Assembly: GCA_963695915.1 (NCBI GenBank)
Contig: CAVOIO010000031.1
Coordinates: 1,760-65,759 of the forward strand
Length of the DNA: 64,000 nucleotides
Source: an uncultured beta proteobacterium
GTDB lineage: Bacteria > Pseudomonadota > Gammaproteobacteria > Burkholderiales > JACQAP01
Reading direction: 5' to 3'
Each line of letters starts with the position of its first letter. Position 1 is the stretch's first letter. Below the pieces are notes generated by a model, which was given only the letters and a program-made list of their open reading frames with translations, was not told the origin of the DNA and ran no database searches. The translations under genes were made by a program, and so were the position numbers. Below are positions 14,195-29,952 of this stretch, piece after piece.

Positions 14195-15472
14195 CGGGCT
14201 GCCGGAAGGCATCCGCCCCTATTTTGAAGCCGCGCCCCTCGCGGCGCTGTTCCTGGGCATCTCCTCCGGCTTCGGCTTCGCGATGATCGGCGCGACTCTG
14301 ACCACGCGCCTCGCCCAGCACGGCATCACCAAGGGCGCGGTGACCGCTTTCGCGCTCACGTTCCTCGCCTACAACTTCAAGTTCCTGTGGGCGCCGATCG
14401 TCGACAACGTTCGGCTGCCGGTGATCGGCAGGTTCGGGCAGCGGCGCAGCTGGCTGTGGCTGGTCGGCGTGCTGGTGATGGCCGCCGTCGCGTTCCTCGG
14501 AATCGCCGATCCGGACGAAGCGCTTTATGTCGTCGCGATCGCCGCGATCACCGTGGGCGTTGCCGGCGCCACGTTCGACATCATCATCGACGCCTACCGC
14601 ATCGAGCTGCTCGAGCCGCGCCAGCTCGGCGTCGGCTCCGGCATGTCGCAGTACGGCTGGCGCATCGGCGCCGCGGCGGCCGGCGCCCTTGGCGCTGGTC
14701 ATCGCCGCGCGTCTCGGCTGGAGCGCCGCCTATCTCGCCTGCGCCGTGTTCGCGCTTCCCGCGAATGCTGGTCGGCGTGGTGATGGGCGAGCCAGAGCGG
14801 CACCGCGAGCCGGCCAAGCCGCGCGGCGTCGTCGAGGCGATCGTCGCCTATTTCAGCCCGTTGCTCGAGTTCCTCAAGCGCCAGGGGGCGCTGGTGGTGC
14901 TGCTGTTCGTGCTCATCCACAAGATCGGCGACACGCTCGCCAACCTCACGCTCAGGCTGCTCTTCAAGGACCTCGGCTTCAGCAACGACGAGGTGGCCTT
15001 CTACGACGTCGGCGTCGGCTTCATCACGCTGCTGATCGGCATTTTCGTCGGCGGCATTCTCTACGCGCGCCTGGGGATGAAGCGCGCGGTCCTGGTCAGC
15101 CTGGTCCTGATGGCGGTGTCGAATTTCAGCTTCGCCGCGCTGGCGGCGGCCGGCCATACCAACTTCGGCATGGCGGCGGCGGTCGGCTTCGAGAATTTCG
15201 CGAGCGGCATAGGCGGCGTGACGGTGGTCGCCTATCTCTCCGCGCTGTGCAACCTGCGCTTCACCGCGACCCAGTACGCCCTGCTCTCCGCGCTGGCGAG
15301 CATCGCCGGCCGCTTCCTCACCGGTACGAGCGCCGGCGCGCTGATCGAGGCCATCGGCTACGTAAACTTCTATCTGCTCACCACCGTCATCGCGTTCCCG
15401 GGCGTGATCCTGTTCTGGTTCATGATCCGCTCCGGGCTTGCCGACCTGTCGATCGGCTCGGCAGGCAAGTAG
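14175..15472 (+). CDS. ampG: AmpG-family muropeptide MFS transporter (frameshifted)
   Basis: KFLWAPIVD, GQRRSW, ATFDIIIDAYRIE and FTATQYALLS. Confidence 0.85.
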
Positions 15473-15535
15473 GGCAAAGTTGACGCGTGCGCTGACAAGG
15501 CGGCTGACGCCTAATGGCAATCGGCTAAAGCAAGA

Positions 15536-16157
15536 TCATGCGCGCGAACCCGCGTCAAAGCGGAAGACCGCGAGCGCACCCAGCAGATTGGGCAGCACTT
15601 CTACCGGCTTGGCATCGTCCATTACCAGGCGTTCGAGAATGCGCACGCCGTGGGTTCTGCAGTAAGCCTCGAAGTCCCTGATGGTGAACAGGTGGATGTT
15701 CGGGGTGTCGTACCACTCGTATGGCAGGTCCTTCGACACCGGCATGCGCCCGGCCAGAATCTGCAGCCGGTGGCGCCAGTAGCCGAAATTCGGAAACGTG
15801 ACGATTCCCTCGCGGCCGACCCGAAGCATTTCCTTCAGGATGCGTTCCGTGTGGCGCACTGCCTGCAGTGTCTGCGACAGGATCACGTAATCGAAGGAAT
15901 TCGACTCGAATCCCGAGAGCCCCGACTCCAGGTCGTTCTGCAGGACGTTCACGCCGTTGCGGACGCAGGCCAGCACCCTGGCATCGTCGATTTCGATGCC
16001 GTAGCCGGTCACGCCGCGCGCCTGCTTCAAATGGCGCAACAGCGATCCGTCGCCGCATCCGAGGTCGAGCACCTGCGCATTCGGCTTGATCCACTTCGCG
16101 ATCGCGGCAAAGTCGGAACGGCCCGACCGCGTGGCGCGGGGTAGCGGAAGCGCTCAT
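15536..16157 (-). CDS. metW: Methionine biosynthesis protein MetW (frameshift near N-terminus)
   Basis: [20 protein letters not shown] and WYDTPNIH; follows metX. Confidence 0.92.
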
Positions 16158-17296
16158 ATGCCCGGGCCCTGCAGGACGATGTTGCTGAAGTAGGTGTGGA
16201 TCAGGTCGTGATAGCGCGGATCGTCCATCAGGAAGGCGTCGTGGCCGTGCGGCGCATCGATTTCCGCGTAGCTCACGTTCAGGCGGTTGTCCACCAGCGC
16301 CTTGATGATCTCGCGCGAACGCGCCGGCGAAAAACGCCAGTCCGAGGTGAACGACACCAGCAGAAAGCCCGCCTTCGCCGGTTTCAGGGTTGCGGACAGG
16401 TCGCCGCCGCAGACTGCAGCCGGGTCGAAGTAGTCGAGCGCCTTGGTGATGCGCAGGTAGGTGTTGGCATCGAAGCGCTCGGCGAATTTGTCTGCCTGGT
16501 AGCGCAGGTAAGACTCGATCTGGAACTCGACGTCGAAGTTGAACTTGAACGCGCCTTCGCGCAACTCGCGGCCGAATTTCTCAGCCATCACGTCGTCGGA
16601 CAGGTAAGTGATGTGTCCAATCATGCGTGCGATGCGCAGTCCCCGCCTTGGTACCACGCCGTACGAGTAGTAATTGCCGCCGTGGAAATCCGGATCGGTG
16701 GTGATCGCCTGGCGCGCCACCTCGTTGAAGGCGATGTTCTGCGCCGAAAGTCTCGGCGCGGCGGCGATCACGATTGAATGGCGCACGCGCTCTGGCTGGC
16801 TGATCGCCCACTGCAGCGCCTGCATCGCGCCCAGGCTCCCGCCCATCACCGCGGCGAAGCGCTCGATGCCCAGGCGGGTGGCCAGCCGCGCCTGCGCCTC
16901 CACCCAGTCGTCCACCGTCACCACCGGAAAATCGGCACCCCATGGCCTGCCGGTTGCGGGATTGATGCTCGCAGGCCCGGTGGATCCGTGGCATCCGCCC
17001 AGGTTATTGACGCCGACGACGAAGAATCGGTTGGTGTCCACCGGCTTGCCCGGGCCGATCAGGTTGTCCCACCAGCCTACGTTTTCCGGATCGTCGGCAT
17101 AGACGCCCGCGACGTGGTGCGAGGCGTTCAGCGCATGGCAGACCAGGATCGCGTTGTCGCGCGCGGCATTGAGCGTGCCGTAGGTTTCGTACGCGAGTTC
17201 GTACGACTCGAGGCGCGCGCCGCTCTTGAGCACGATCGGCTCGTCGAAGTGCGCGAGTTTCGGGCTGACGACGCCGACGGAACCTTCGGGTGGCAT
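16154..17296 (-). CDS. metX: Homoserine O-acyltransferase MetX
   Basis: [17 protein letters not shown] nucleophile elbow and HGHDAFL; intact 380 aa. Confidence 0.95.
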   Translation of the reverse strand: MPPEGSVGVVSPKLAHFDEPIVLKSGARLESYELAYETYGTLNAARDNAILVCHALNASHHVAGVYADDPENVGWWDNLIGPGKPVDTNRFFVVGVNNLGGCHGSTGPASINPATGRPWGADFPVVTVDDWVEAQARLATRLGIERFAAVMGGSLGAMQALQWAISQPERVRHSIVIAAAPRLSAQNIAFNEVARQAITTDPDFHGGNYYSYGVVPRRGLRIARMIGHITYLSDDVMAEKFGRELREGAFKFNFDVEFQIESYLRYQADKFAERFDANTYLRITKALDYFDPAAVCGGDLSATLKPAKAGFLLVSFTSDWRFSPARSREIIKALVDNRLNVSYAEIDAPHGHDAFLMDDPRYHDLIHTYFSNIVLQGPGI

Positions 17297-17342
17297 GCGA
17301 ATTCAGGGGCCTTGTTTGCGCGGATTATATCCGCCGGCCGCA

Positions 17343-17640
17343 AGGGAAGCTCTGACCAAGTTCCGCGACGCGCGATTGCGCCAGGTGCGGGATGACTTGC
17401 CAGGCGCCGCTGACGCAAGTAGCGGCTGAAACCCCAGCAAGGAGCGTAAGCAACACAGGCGCCGCACTCGGCACAACCCAATCGACATTTCGACTGCCTT
17501 CGAGGGACCGGGCGATTCGGGCCGATGTCAGCGTCGGCTCCTCCTTATGTCAGGCCGGCTACGGAGCGGCGTCCTCGCCGTCTCTGCCCTCGACCCGAAT
17601 CGCCGCGTTCGCGCATATGAAACCTGGTCAGAGCTTCCCT
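17343..17640. mobile_element. MITE family A (about 300 bp, non-autonomous)
   Basis: Terminal inverted repeats AGGGAAGCTCTGACCAAGTT (left) and the reverse complement AGGGAAGCTCTGACCAGGTT (right). No transposase. A second copy end lies at 1-87. Confidence 0.85.
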
Positions 17641-18183
17641 AGGTCGCGGGTCTCGCCACCGAGAGCCGCCGCAGCATCTGCCGCACCGCGTCGGTCCGCA
17701 TGTCGCGAAACAGCAGCTGCTTCCTCCGACTCCTTGGCGAGCACCACGGTATCGTCGTAGGTCATGTCGCGGCGAAGAACGATTTCTCCCGGCGACGCCA
17801 GATCGGTGCCGGCGCGATCGGTCAGCCGGTAGGCGACGCGATAACGCAATTCGAATTCCCGCACCTTGCCGCCGCTGGACAGCGACAGGATGATGTTTTT
17901 CCTGCGACTCTCCGACGATCTGAACCACCGCGTCGGCTTGGTCACGGCTGTCGACGATCCTGGTCTTGCTGCCTGGAGCGGATGGCGCGCTCGAGATCGT
18001 TGGCGAACGCCGAGAATGCCGGGGTCTCGACACGCGCACGGTCTGAAACGGAATGGCAGCCTGCCCGCGCAACTGGAAAGCCACAGGCAGAGAGCGTCAT
18101 CGCGATGCAAGAGCGTCGCAATGATGAGGGACGAGGGACGAGGGGCGAGGGACGAGGGAAAATCTCTGCAAGAATCTGTTCAT
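17639..18183 (-). CDS. lptE: LPS assembly lipoprotein LptE (frameshifted; start approximate)
   Basis: LSAC-GFQLRG lipobox, ILSLSSGGKVREFEL, RRDMTYDDTVVLAKESEE; downstream of leuS. The TAG stop is at 17639-17641. Confidence 0.85.
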
Positions 18184-18274
18184 CGCCTTCCTCGAGCTCC
18201 AGGAGCGCTGGCGCATGTCGGTTTTCATTCGCCCTTCATCCCTCACCCCTCGCATCCCTCACGTCCCTCGCTCC

Positions 18275-18277
<3 letters not shown>
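18121..18277. repeat. Heptamer-repeat inverted element between leuS and lptE
   Basis: TGAGGGACGAGGGACGAGGGGCGAGGGACGAGGG arm at about 18124-18158 and CCTTCATCCCTCACCCCTCGCATCCCTCACGTCCCTCG arm at about 18232-18275. Confidence 0.8.
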
Positions 18278-21859
<3,582 letters not shown>

Positions 21860-21917
21860 GTCTCTTTAACGCGCGCCACTAACGTCGCATCAACTGGTCG
21901 CGCGTGTCTAGTTTTTC

Positions 21918-21964
21918 GTCTCCCTCTCCACCCTTCAGGGAGGAGAGGGCCGGGGTGAGGTGGG
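21918..21964. repeat. REP-like GC-rich palindrome
   Basis: TCTCCCTCTCCACCCTTCAGGGAGGAGAGGGCCGGGGTGAGGTGGG; a related element lies at about 56243-56301. Confidence 0.6.
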
Positions 21965-21970
21965 TATAAT
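21961..21970 (+). promoter_or_regulatory. Putative sigma70 -10 element for uvrD
   Basis: Perfect TATAAT at 21965-21970, 32 bp before the uvrD ATG. Confidence 0.45.
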
Positions 21971-22002
21971 CCAGCGTTGAAACCGCCACGTCCCGTTGCC
22001 GA

Positions 22003-24194
22003 ATGCCGATTCTCGAAGGTCTGAATCCCCAGCAGCTCGAAGCCGTCACGCTCCCGCACCAGTCAGCGCTAATTCTTGCCGGCGCCGGCTCGGGAAAGAC
22101 CCGCGTGCTCACCACCCGCATCGCCTGGCTGATCCAGACCGGCCAGATCGGTCCGCTCGGCATCCTGGCCGTGACCTTCACCAACAAGGCCGCGCGCGAG
22201 ATGCTCACCCGCATTTCCGCGATGCTGCCGATCAACACCCGCGGCATGTGGGTCGGTACTTTCCACGGACTGTGCAACCGCATCCTTCGCGCGCACCATC
22301 GCGACGCCGGATTACCGCAGACCTTCCAGATTCTCGATTCCGCCGATCAACTGGCGGTTATCAAGCGGGTGATGAAGGCAATGAACGTGGACGACGAAAA
22401 GTACCCGCCGCGGCAGGCCCAGAACTTCATCAACTCGGCCAAGGAGCAGGGCTTGAGGGCGGCGCAAGTGGACGCGCCCGACGACTTTTCGCGCCGGCTG
22501 CTGACGGTTTACGAAGCCTACGAGGCGCAGTGCAATCGCGAAGGCGTGGTGGATTTCGCCGAACTGCTGCTGCGCTGCTACGAACTTGCTCGGCAGAAAC
22601 GAACTGCTGCGGGATCATTACCGCGGGCGCTTCAAGCACATTCTTGTTGACGAGTTCCAGGACACCAACCGGCTGCAGTACCACTGGCTGAAGCTGCTGG
22701 CCGGCCCGAACAACACCATTTTCGCCGTCGGCGACGACGATCAGTCCATCTATGCGTTCCGCGGTGCGCACGCCGGCAACATGCTCGATCTGGAGAGAGA
22801 CTTCCGTATCGAGAAAGTCATCAAGCTCGAGCAGAACTACCGCAGCCACGGCAACATCCTCGATGCGGCCAACGCGCTGATCCGCCACAACCGCACCCGG
22901 CTGGGCAAGAACCTGTGGACCTCGGAAGGCAGTGGCGAGCCGCTGCGGGTGTACGAGGCCATGACCGACATCGAGGAGGCCGGCTACGTCGTCGAAGAAG
23001 CGCGCCAGCTTAACAACGAGGGCGTGGCGCTGTCCGATATGGCGCTGCTGTACCGCTCGAACGCACAGTCCCGCGTGCTCGAGCATGCGTTGTTCACTGG
23101 TGGGATTTCCTATCGCGTGTACGGGGGGTTGCGCTTTTTCGAGCGCCAGGAAATCAAGCACGCGCTCGCCTACTTGCGCCTCATCGCGAATCCCGACGAT
23201 GACGGCGCATTTCCTGAGGGTGGTCAACTTCCCCACGCGCGGAATCGGCAACCGCAGCCTCGAACAACTGCAGGAAGCCGCCGCCGCGCGCGGCACGTCT
23301 CTGTGGCAGGCCGCGTGCGCCAATACGCTAAGCGGCAAGGCCGGCACCAGCATTGCCGCTTTCGTCCAGTTGATCGAAGCAATGCGCAAGGCGTGCGAGA
23401 ACCTGCCGCTGCCCGAGATCGTCGATCACGTGGTTGCAACCAGCGGTCTGATCGCGCATTACCAGACCGAGAAGGAGGGCGCGGACCGGATCGAGAACCT
23501 CAATGAATTGACCAACGCGGCGACGGCGTTCGTCGGCCAGGACGGCCCGATCACATTGATCAGCGCGGAAGGCGAGATCAGGTCGGAAGGTCTGGACCCG
23601 CTGAAGTGCGTTCCTGGCGCACGCGGCGCTGGAAGCCGGCGAGCACCAGGCGGGCGAGGGCACCGACGCACTGCAATTGATGACCGTGCATTCGGCCAAG
23701 GGCCTGGAGTTTCACACGGTGTTCATCAGCGGCCTGGAGGAAGGCCTGTTTCCGCACGAGAACAGCCTGTCGGAGACAGGACGGCCTGGAAGAGGAACGG
23801 CGGCTGATGTACGTCGCGCTCACTCGCGCACGCCGCAGGCTTTACCTCACCCGCGCGCAGACGCGCATGCTGCACGGGCAGACCCGTTACAACGTGCCCT
23901 CGCGCTTTTTCGACGAGGTTCCCGACGAGTTGCTGAAACGGATCAACACCACGAAATTCTCGGGATTCGTGGCTGCCAGGGGATATGAATGCCGGTTCCG
24001 ATACCGGGACACCGAAGTCCGAAAGCGGCGCGCCAGGCTGGCGCATCGGGCAGAACGTGGTGCATCCGAAGTTCGGCGCCGGAGTGATCGTCAACGCCGA
24101 AGGCCGCGGCTCGGACGCGCGGGTGCAGGTCAACTTCCGCGACGCAGGACTCAAATGGCTCGCGCTGGACTACGCCAAGCTTGTTCCCGCGTAA
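22003..24194 (+). CDS. uvrD: DNA helicase II UvrD (frameshifted)
   Basis: [44 protein letters not shown] and a C-terminal HPKFG Tudor-like domain. Confidence 0.95.
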
Positions 24195-24205
24195 GCCGGG
24201 GCGTC

Positions 24206-24949
24206 TCAGGCCGTCGCCTGGCCGACAGCCGCGGAAGAGACAAATACGTCGCGATAGCTGGTGTAGATCGTCAGCAGCATGACCGGGATCCAAAGGATCA
24301 GCCCAAGGCCGAAGGGAATTACGGCGAGCAGGAGCAGGACGGAACTTACGATGCTGTAGATGCAGTAGCGGCATGGCGTTGCGCAGGCAGGCCAGCAGGC
24401 TGATCCACAGCGCCCGGAAACCGGGCTGGTCGTCGAGGATTACCAGAGCAGGCGCGAACCAGACCGCCATCGCCAAAGGCAAGAACAACACTGTGCCCGC
24501 CAGCATGGCCTGCAACACGCGCCTTGCGGCCTCGGGCGTGAGCGCCGAGGCATCGAGCGCACCAATGCCCTGCTTCACCGCTTCCTGGAATTCCGGACCG
24601 CCGACAGTCAGCATCACGCCGGAGATCAACACCTGTCCCACCAGATACACCCCGCCGACCGTCACCAGGTGCGCGGCGTTGTGGCGAAATCCGCGGAACA
24701 GGTGTGCGATTTCGATGTCCTGCCCGGTTTCGAGGTCCTTCGCGGCCACCATGATCCCGCCCAGGAACACCGGGGTAAGCAGATACAGCACGATAGGCGC
24801 CGATAACCGGCAGCACGCTCAGCCCCACTCCGATCAGCATCAGCGCCATGTTGAGCACTACCCATATCACCGGGTTTTTGCGGAACAGTTGAAAGGCGGC
24901 AACGATCCATTGCCAGCCGCGGCCGGGCGCAACGCTTCCGGATATTCAT
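24206..24949 (-). CDS. BPSS1780-family integral membrane protein (frameshifted)
   Basis: Multiple TM segments, MAVWFAPALV and IYTSYRDVF; typically found downstream of thrB in Betaproteobacteria. Confidence 0.7.
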
Positions 24950-25918
24950 GAAGATTGCCCCGGGTTTATACGCGTCAGCCGCTGCGACCGGTCCGCGGCC
25001 TTGCGGTGATTGATCAGTATGCGGCGGAAACGCTCCGGATCGTGGGCGTGGGTGAGTTCGCCCGGACGCGGCAGATGAAAATCGTAAAGCCGCGAAACCC
25101 AGAATCGCAGCGCGCCCGCGCGCAGCATCCATGGCCAGGCGTCGCGCTCCTGATCGGTGAACGGCCGCACCGCGGTGTACGCCTTCAGCAGCGCCTGGGT
25201 GCGTGCCGGGTCGAGAGTGGCGTCCGCGTTGGTGCACCAGTCGTTCACGGTGATCCCCACGTCGTACACAAAGCAATCGACGCAGGCAAAGTAGAAATCG
25301 ATGAAGCCGCCGACGTGGTCGCCATCAAACAGCACGTTGTCGCGAAACAGGTCGGCATGAACCACGCCGCGCGGCAGGCCTTCGCGCACCTGCCGCGCCT
25401 GAAAGCGGATTTCCGACTCGAGCAGTTCCGCGTCCTCTGATGCGAGGAACGGATAAATCTCCGGCGCGCAGGCGGTCCACCACTTCTCGCCCCGCAGAGT
25501 TGTCGAGATGGCCTTTGAAAGTCCGGCCCGCGAGATGCATGTCCGCCAGCACCCCGCCGACCCGCGCGCAATGCTCCGGCGTCGGCTCGTTAACCGGTTG
25601 GCCTTCGAGGCAGGTGACGATCGCCGCCGGCTTGCCGTTGAGTTCGCCGAGCAGTTCGTTCTGCAGGTTGGCGATCGGCTTCGGGCAGGGCAGGCCGTGA
25701 CTGGAAAGATGCGCCATCAGGTTCAGGTAAAACGGCAGTTCCTGGCGGGTGAGCTTCTCGAACAGGGTCAGCACGAACTTGCCGTGCGTGGTGGTGACGA
25801 AATAATTGGTGTTCTCGATGCCGGACAGAATGCCCTGCAGTTCGGTGAGCACGCCGATCGAGTAATTGCGGAGCCAGGCCGAGAGCTGTTCCGGCGTAAC
25901 GGTGGTGAAGACGGACAT
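24946..25918 (-). CDS. thrB: Homoserine kinase type II (frameshifted)
   Basis: [26 protein letters not shown] and RFWVSRLYD. Confidence 0.93.
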
Positions 25919-25925
25919 GAACGGG

Positions 25926-26171
25926 CTAGCCTGGATAATTCATGAAGGACTCGGGATGATGGCGAGTCGAGTTCGAGCCAGTTGCGGCTCGACTGCCGCA
26001 GCCGATAGACCACTCTATCGGCGAGGCAGGCATGCCGCAAATGGCCGGAAATCGGCCGCCAGCGCCCGAGTAGCCCGACGCGACACACTGTACCGCGCAA
26101 GAGCTTGCTCATAGACACGGCACGCCAGCAATTATCCGCACACGGGCGTCTTCATGAATTATCCGGGCTAG
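25926..26171. mobile_element. MITE family B (about 245 bp, non-autonomous)
   Basis: Inverted ends CTAGCCTGGATAATTCATGAAG and CTTCATGAATTATCCGGGCTAG; internal hairpin GCCGATAGA-CCAC-TCTATCGGC; no transposase. Confidence 0.85.
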
Positions 26172-26897
26172 AGATTCAGTTGCGCTTCGCGCTCGGCGGC
26201 GGACGGCTCGAAGCCGCGCTTCTCGTAATGGTTGAAGATCGCCTCGACCACTTGCCTGGGTTCGTCGATCACCTTGATCAGGTCCATGTCGGCCGCGTCG
26301 ATCATGCCTTCGCTGATCATGCGATCCTGCATCCAGTCGAGCAGGCCGCGCCAGTAGGATTCCTGCACCAGAATGATCGGAATGCGTCGGATCTTCTGCG
26401 TCTGCACCAGCGTCAGCGCCTCCATCAGTTCGTCCAGGGTGCCGAATCCGCCCGGCATCACCACGTACGCGCAGGCGAATTTCACGAACATGACCTTGCG
26501 CGCAAAGAAGTGGCGGAAGGTCTGGCTGACGTCCTGGTACTGGTTCGAGATCTGCTCGTGCGGCAACTGGATGTTGAGCCCGACCGACAGCGAGCGGCCG
26601 AAAAAGGCACCCTTGTTGGCCGCCTCCATGACGCCCGGGCCGCCGCCGGAGATGACGCTGAAGCCGGCATCCGAAAGCTGGCGCGCAGATTTCCTCGGTG
26701 AGGCGGTAGTAGGGATGATCGGCAGCGACCCGCGCGCTGCCGAATATGCTGACCGCGGGCCGGACGTTGGCCAGGCGTTCGGTGGCCTCGACGAATTCTG
26801 CCATAATCCCGAACACCCGCCAGGATTCGCGCGCCGACCACGCTTTCTCGACGAACTCGGGGGCGAGCGGTACCGGAATCTTCTGCTTTTCGCTCAT
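26168..26897 (-). CDS. LOG-family (TIGR00730) nucleotide phosphoribohydrolase (frameshifted)
   Basis: SIFGSAR, SGGGPGVMEAANKGA and MPGGFGTLDEL. Confidence 0.9.
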
Positions 26898-26922
26898 GCT
26901 GGATTTTCCGCGCTGATCATCG

Positions 26923-29692
26923 ATGAAAACGCTCTTGCTGGTCGACGGCTCTTCCTACCTTTACCGCGCATTCCACGCGCTTCCCGACTTGCGCAACAGG
27001 AACAACGAACCGACCGGCGCCATCTACGGCGTGCTCAACATGCTGCGCCGGCTGCGTAAGGAAACTGCGGCGGATTATATCGCTTGCGTATTCGACGCAA
27101 AAGGAAAGACCTTCCGCGACGACTGGTATGCCGAGTACAAGGCCAACCGCCCGCCCATGCCGGAGGACCTGGTCGCGCAGATCGAACCCCTGCACCAGAG
27201 CGTACGCGCGATGGGCTGGCCGCTGCTGATGGTCGAAGGCGTCGAAGCCGACGACGTGATCGGCACGCTGGCGAAGCAGGCCGAAGCCAGGGGCGTGCAC
27301 ACCGTCATCTCCACCGGCGACAAGGACATCACGCAACTGGTCAACCCGACGGTCAGGCTGGTGAACACCATGTCCAACGAGAACCTCGACGAAAAGGGCG
27401 TCGAGGAGAAGTTCGGCGTCAAGCCGGAGCAGATGGTGGACTATCTCACGCTGATCGGCGACAGCGTGGACAACGTGCCGGGCGTGGAAAAGGTCGGGCC
27501 CAAGACCGCGGTGAAATGGCTGAAGCAGTACGGGACGCTGGACCAGGTGGTCGCGCACGCCGACGAAATCGCCGGCGTGGTCGGCGAGAACCTGCGCAAG
27601 GCGCTGGACTGGCTGCCGCAGGCGAGGAAACTGCTCACCATCAAGTGCGACGTCGAGCTGCCGCTGACGCTCGATGACCTCACGCCGCAGCCGCAGGACA
27701 CGGCGAAGACTCTCGCGAACTCTTCGATCGCCTCGAATTCAAGACCTGGAAGCGGGAACTGGAGGACCGAGGGCCGAGCATCGAGGGCCGAGATCGAGGC
27801 GACAGCGTGAATTCCACTCGAACCTCGGACCACGGACCTCGGAACTCGTCACCCCTCACGCCTCACGCCTCACGCCTCACCTGAACGCAAATACGATACC
27901 GTCCTAACGGAGGAACAGCTGAGCGCGTGGCTGTCGCGAATATCAGCCGCGCCGCTGGTATCGTCGACACCGAAACCACCGGCCTCGATCCCCTGACCGC
28001 ACGACTGGTCGGCATCTCGTTGTCGGTCGAGCCTCATCACGCCGCGTACATACCGGTCGGGCACAACTACGCCGGCGCGCCGGAGCAGCTTCGCGCTGGA
28101 TCGGGTGCTTGCGATACTGAAGGACTGGATGCAGAGCCCGAAGCACCACAAGGTCGGTCAGAACCTGAAGTACGACAAGCACGTGTTCGCCAATCACGGC
28201 GTGCTGCTGTCCGGCATCGAGCACGACACGCTGCTGCAGTCCTACGTGCTGGAAAGCCACCAGTCGCACGACATGGACAGCCTCGCGGCACGGCATCTGG
28301 GCGTCAAGACCATCAGCTACGACGAAGTGACCGGCAAGGGCGCGAGCCGCATTCCCTTCGAACAGGTCGCTGTGGAACGCGCCACCGAGTACTCGGGCGA
28401 AGATGCGGACATGACGCTGCAACTGCACCGGACGCTGTACCCGCAGGTCGAGCGCGACGAGAAACTGGATCAGCGTCTACCGCAGCATCGAAATGCCGGT
28501 GATGGAAGTGCTGTTCACGATGGAACGCCAGGGCGTGCTGCTCGACTCCGCGCTGCTGGAGCAGCAGAGCCGCGAACTTGGGCGAAAAGATGATCGAACT
28601 TGAAAACAGGGTGCATCAGGAAGCCGGGCAGCCGTTCAACCTCAATTCGCCCAAGCAGCTCCAGGAGATCCTGTTCGAGCGCAAGGGCCTGCCGGTGAAG
28701 AAAAAGACGCCGGGCGGCCAGCCTTCCACCGACGAAGATGTCTTGCAGGAACTCGCGCTCGATCATCCGCTGCCGAAGCTGATACTCGAGTACCGCGGGC
28801 TGGCAAAACTCAAGTCCACGTACACCGACAAGCTGCCGAAGATGGTGAACCCGGCGACGGGCCGCGTGCATACCAACTACGCGCAGGCGGTGGCGGTGAC
28901 CGGGCGGCTGGCGAGCAACGATCCGAACCTGCAGAACATACCGGTGCGCACCGCGGAAGGCCGCCGCATCCGCGAAGCCTTCATCGCGCCGCCGGGATCG
29001 GTGATCGTGTCGGCGGACTATTCGCAGATCGAACTGCGCATCATGGCGCACCTGTCGCAGGACAAGAGCCTGCTCAAGGCCTTCGCCGCCGGCGAGGACG
29101 TGCATCGCCACACCGCGTCGGAAGATATTCGGCGTCGAGTCGGCAGCCGTGACCAGCGAGCAGCGCCGCTACGCCAAGGTGATCAACTTCGGGCTGATCT
29201 ACGGCATGTCCGCGTTCGGACTGGCCTCGCAGCTCGGCATCGAACGCAGCGCCGCGCAGCAATACATGGACCGCTACTTCCAGCGCTACCCGGGCGTGAA
29301 GGACTACATGGAGCGCACCCGCGAGGCGGCGCGCGAGCATCGGCTACGTCGAGACCGTGTTCGGACGCCGGCTCTACCTGCCGGAGATCAAGAGCGGCAA
29401 CGGCGCACGCCGCCAGGGCGCCGAGCGCGCGGCGATCAACGCGCCGATGCAGGGCACCGCGGCGGACCTGATCAAGCTGGCGATGATCGCCGTGCACAAC
29501 TGGATCGCGACATCGCGAGGCAAGAGCCGCCTGATCATGCAGGTGCATGACGAACTGGTGCTCGAAGTGCCGGAGGGCGAACTCGATACGGTGAAAAGGG
29601 AACTGCCGAAGCTGATGGGCAGCGTGGCGAAGCTCGATGTGCCGCTGGTGGTGGATGTCGGTGCGGGTCCAAATTGGGAAAAGGCGCACTGA
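26923..29692 (+). CDS. polA: DNA polymerase I (frameshifted; repeat insert in the interdomain linker)
   Basis: [14 protein letters not shown] (5' nuclease), DTETTGLD (3'-5' exonuclease), [19 protein letters not shown] and QVHDELV. Confidence 0.96.
27764..27881. repeat. Heptamer-repeat inverted element inside polA
   Basis: GGACCGAGGGCCGAG...GAGGGCCGAG arm, then CTCGGACC...CTCGG, followed by (CCTCACG)3CCTCACC. Confidence 0.75.
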
Positions 29693-29952
29693 TCTGGCGG
29701 GCAAGGCTACCTTGTCTCATGCGTCAGATCGTCACGACCGTCACGGCTTTTTTGGTGCCGGCCCTAATTGAGAAAAGGCGGACTGAGCTGCATTAGACGT
29801 AAACCTCACGCAAAGATTCTTTTCAATACCCCCTTGAGGGGTGCGCAAAGGACGCAAAGAAAGCCCAGGGCAAACGTGAGATTCTTGTCGTTCTGTGGGT
29901 GCCGACACCGGTTGAAGCCGCCACGTTGAGCAACAGTTTCCAGGAAAGGCTC

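Noticed and set aside
17297-17640. SAM/SAH riboswitch upstream of metX
   Set aside because: I see no recognisable SAM-II or SAH consensus. The structured sequence is explained by the TIR-bounded MITE.
29805-29860. Possible IS end or CGCAAAG repeat downstream of polA
   Set aside because: It is short and I found no partner inverted repeat, so support is insufficient.
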